A DNA stretch of 41,480 nucleotides from a virus (taxonomy: Duplodnaviria; Caudoviricetes), in IMG/VR virus record IMGVR_UViG_3300007622_000007, positions 1 to 41,480 of that record; one strand, given 5' to 3'. Below, piece by piece: positions 40,848 through 41,480 of the stretch. Each line of letters opens with the position of its first letter. Within the stretch, counting starts at the first letter, position 1. The notes under the pieces were generated by a model. That model was not told where the DNA came from. It saw only the letters and a program-made list of their open reading frames with translations, and did no database searches. Made by a program: the position numbers and the translations under genes.

Positions 40848-41480
40848 TGAGCAGGCTAAGATCTGGTTCCAGTGGGATTTCTGAAAGCAGCGTTGTTTTT
40901 TATAATGGCGGACACTCCCATGATGGAATATCAGCTGCGCTTATAGACACTGATGAATATTCAATTTATGATTGGACAGTTGGTTACGTTGGGTCTGGCT
41001 CAAGACTGTCTCGGCAGGTTTCAAATTTTAATTCTTTAAAAAATGTAATTTCAGACATTGTAACAGATACTGTTTTAGGCCCTTCGGGGATTAGGTTAGC
41101 TCCAAATACCTTGCATGCTATTAGTATTGTTTCTAACACTATTACTGCTGATCAGATTGCCGCTAATACAATTACAGCCAATGAATTGAACGCCAATATT
41201 GTTTTAATAAATCAAGTAATTAAAAGCAATAATTATGTGTCTGGAACCTCTGGTTGGGCTATTCACGGGAATGGGGCTGCCGAATTTGCTAACACATCAA
41301 TTCGTGGTGCGCTGGTTGCAAACTCTGTTAGCACACCGGGAATTGATATTTTATCTAATGGTGCAATTGTAAGCACAAACTTTAATGTAACTCCTGCAGG
41401 AAATATAACAGCAACTAATGCGACATTAAGTGGCACAATAGAAGCATCAGAAATTTATATTAATTCCTTAAATTACTGGA
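40847..41480 (+). CDS. Tail tip/central fibre protein; partial, runs off the window
   Basis: Not in the ORF track. GTG 40847 (TAGTG) opens MSRLRSGSSG..GGHSHDG..NTITADQIAANTITANEL..IKSNNYVSGTSGWAIHGNGAAEFANTSIRG, resembling lambda J-type tip fibre segments. No stop before the window end. Confidence 0.75.
   Translation, partial: MSRLRSGSSGISESSVVFYNGGHSHDGISAALIDTDEYSIYDWTVGYVGSGSRLSRQVSNFNSLKNVISDIVTDTVLGPSGIRLAPNTLHAISIVSNTITADQIAANTITANELNANIVLINQVIKSNNYVSGTSGWAIHGNGAAEFANTSIRGALVANSVSTPGIDILSNGAIVSTNFNVTPAGNITATNATLSGTIEASEIYINSLNYW

Noticed and set aside
1-41480. Stop-codon reassignment, tRNA genes or prophage attachment sites
   Set aside because: Genes tile completely under the standard code, intergenic gaps are short with no tRNA-like cloverleaf seen, and no integrase or host boundary is visible.

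Overview
The window is a slice of the virion-morphogenesis arm of an AT-rich, long-tailed (siphovirus-like) phage. All credible genes are on the + strand and tile tightly, with many TAATG/TAGTG stop-start overlaps. Order: (1) 1-8.6 kb, the end of an autochaperoned fibre/spike, then three paralogous cassettes of short connector, adaptor and Gly-rich or lectin-like fibre genes; (2) 8.6-11.0 kb, a sulfotransferase-like gene and three 2OG-Fe(II) oxygenases; (3) 11.0-15.0 kb, a lipoprotein/membrane pair, thermonuclease, actinobacterial-type ferredoxin and a 955-aa PA14/FN3 surface protein; (4) 15.1-16.2 kb, holin and M15 peptidase endolysin; (5) 16.2-20 kb, further fibre connectors and head-tail joining genes; (6) 20.2-41.5 kb, major tail protein, tail chaperone pair with a probable -1 frameshift, a 4,484-aa tape measure protein, two paralogous Dit-like genes, a PA14/LamG tail hub and the start of a tip fibre. 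The ferredoxin, holin and near-leaderless genes suggest an actinobacterial host (inference). The most interesting signals are an apparent docking code linking each fibre protein's C-terminal peptide to the next gene's domain, the adjacent modifying-enzyme cluster, the giant TMP with a basic/Pro-rich insert, and a small membrane gene nested in the surface protein. All assignments come from motif recognition by eye; no searches were run. No tRNA, rRNA, CRISPR array, integrase or RT was seen.
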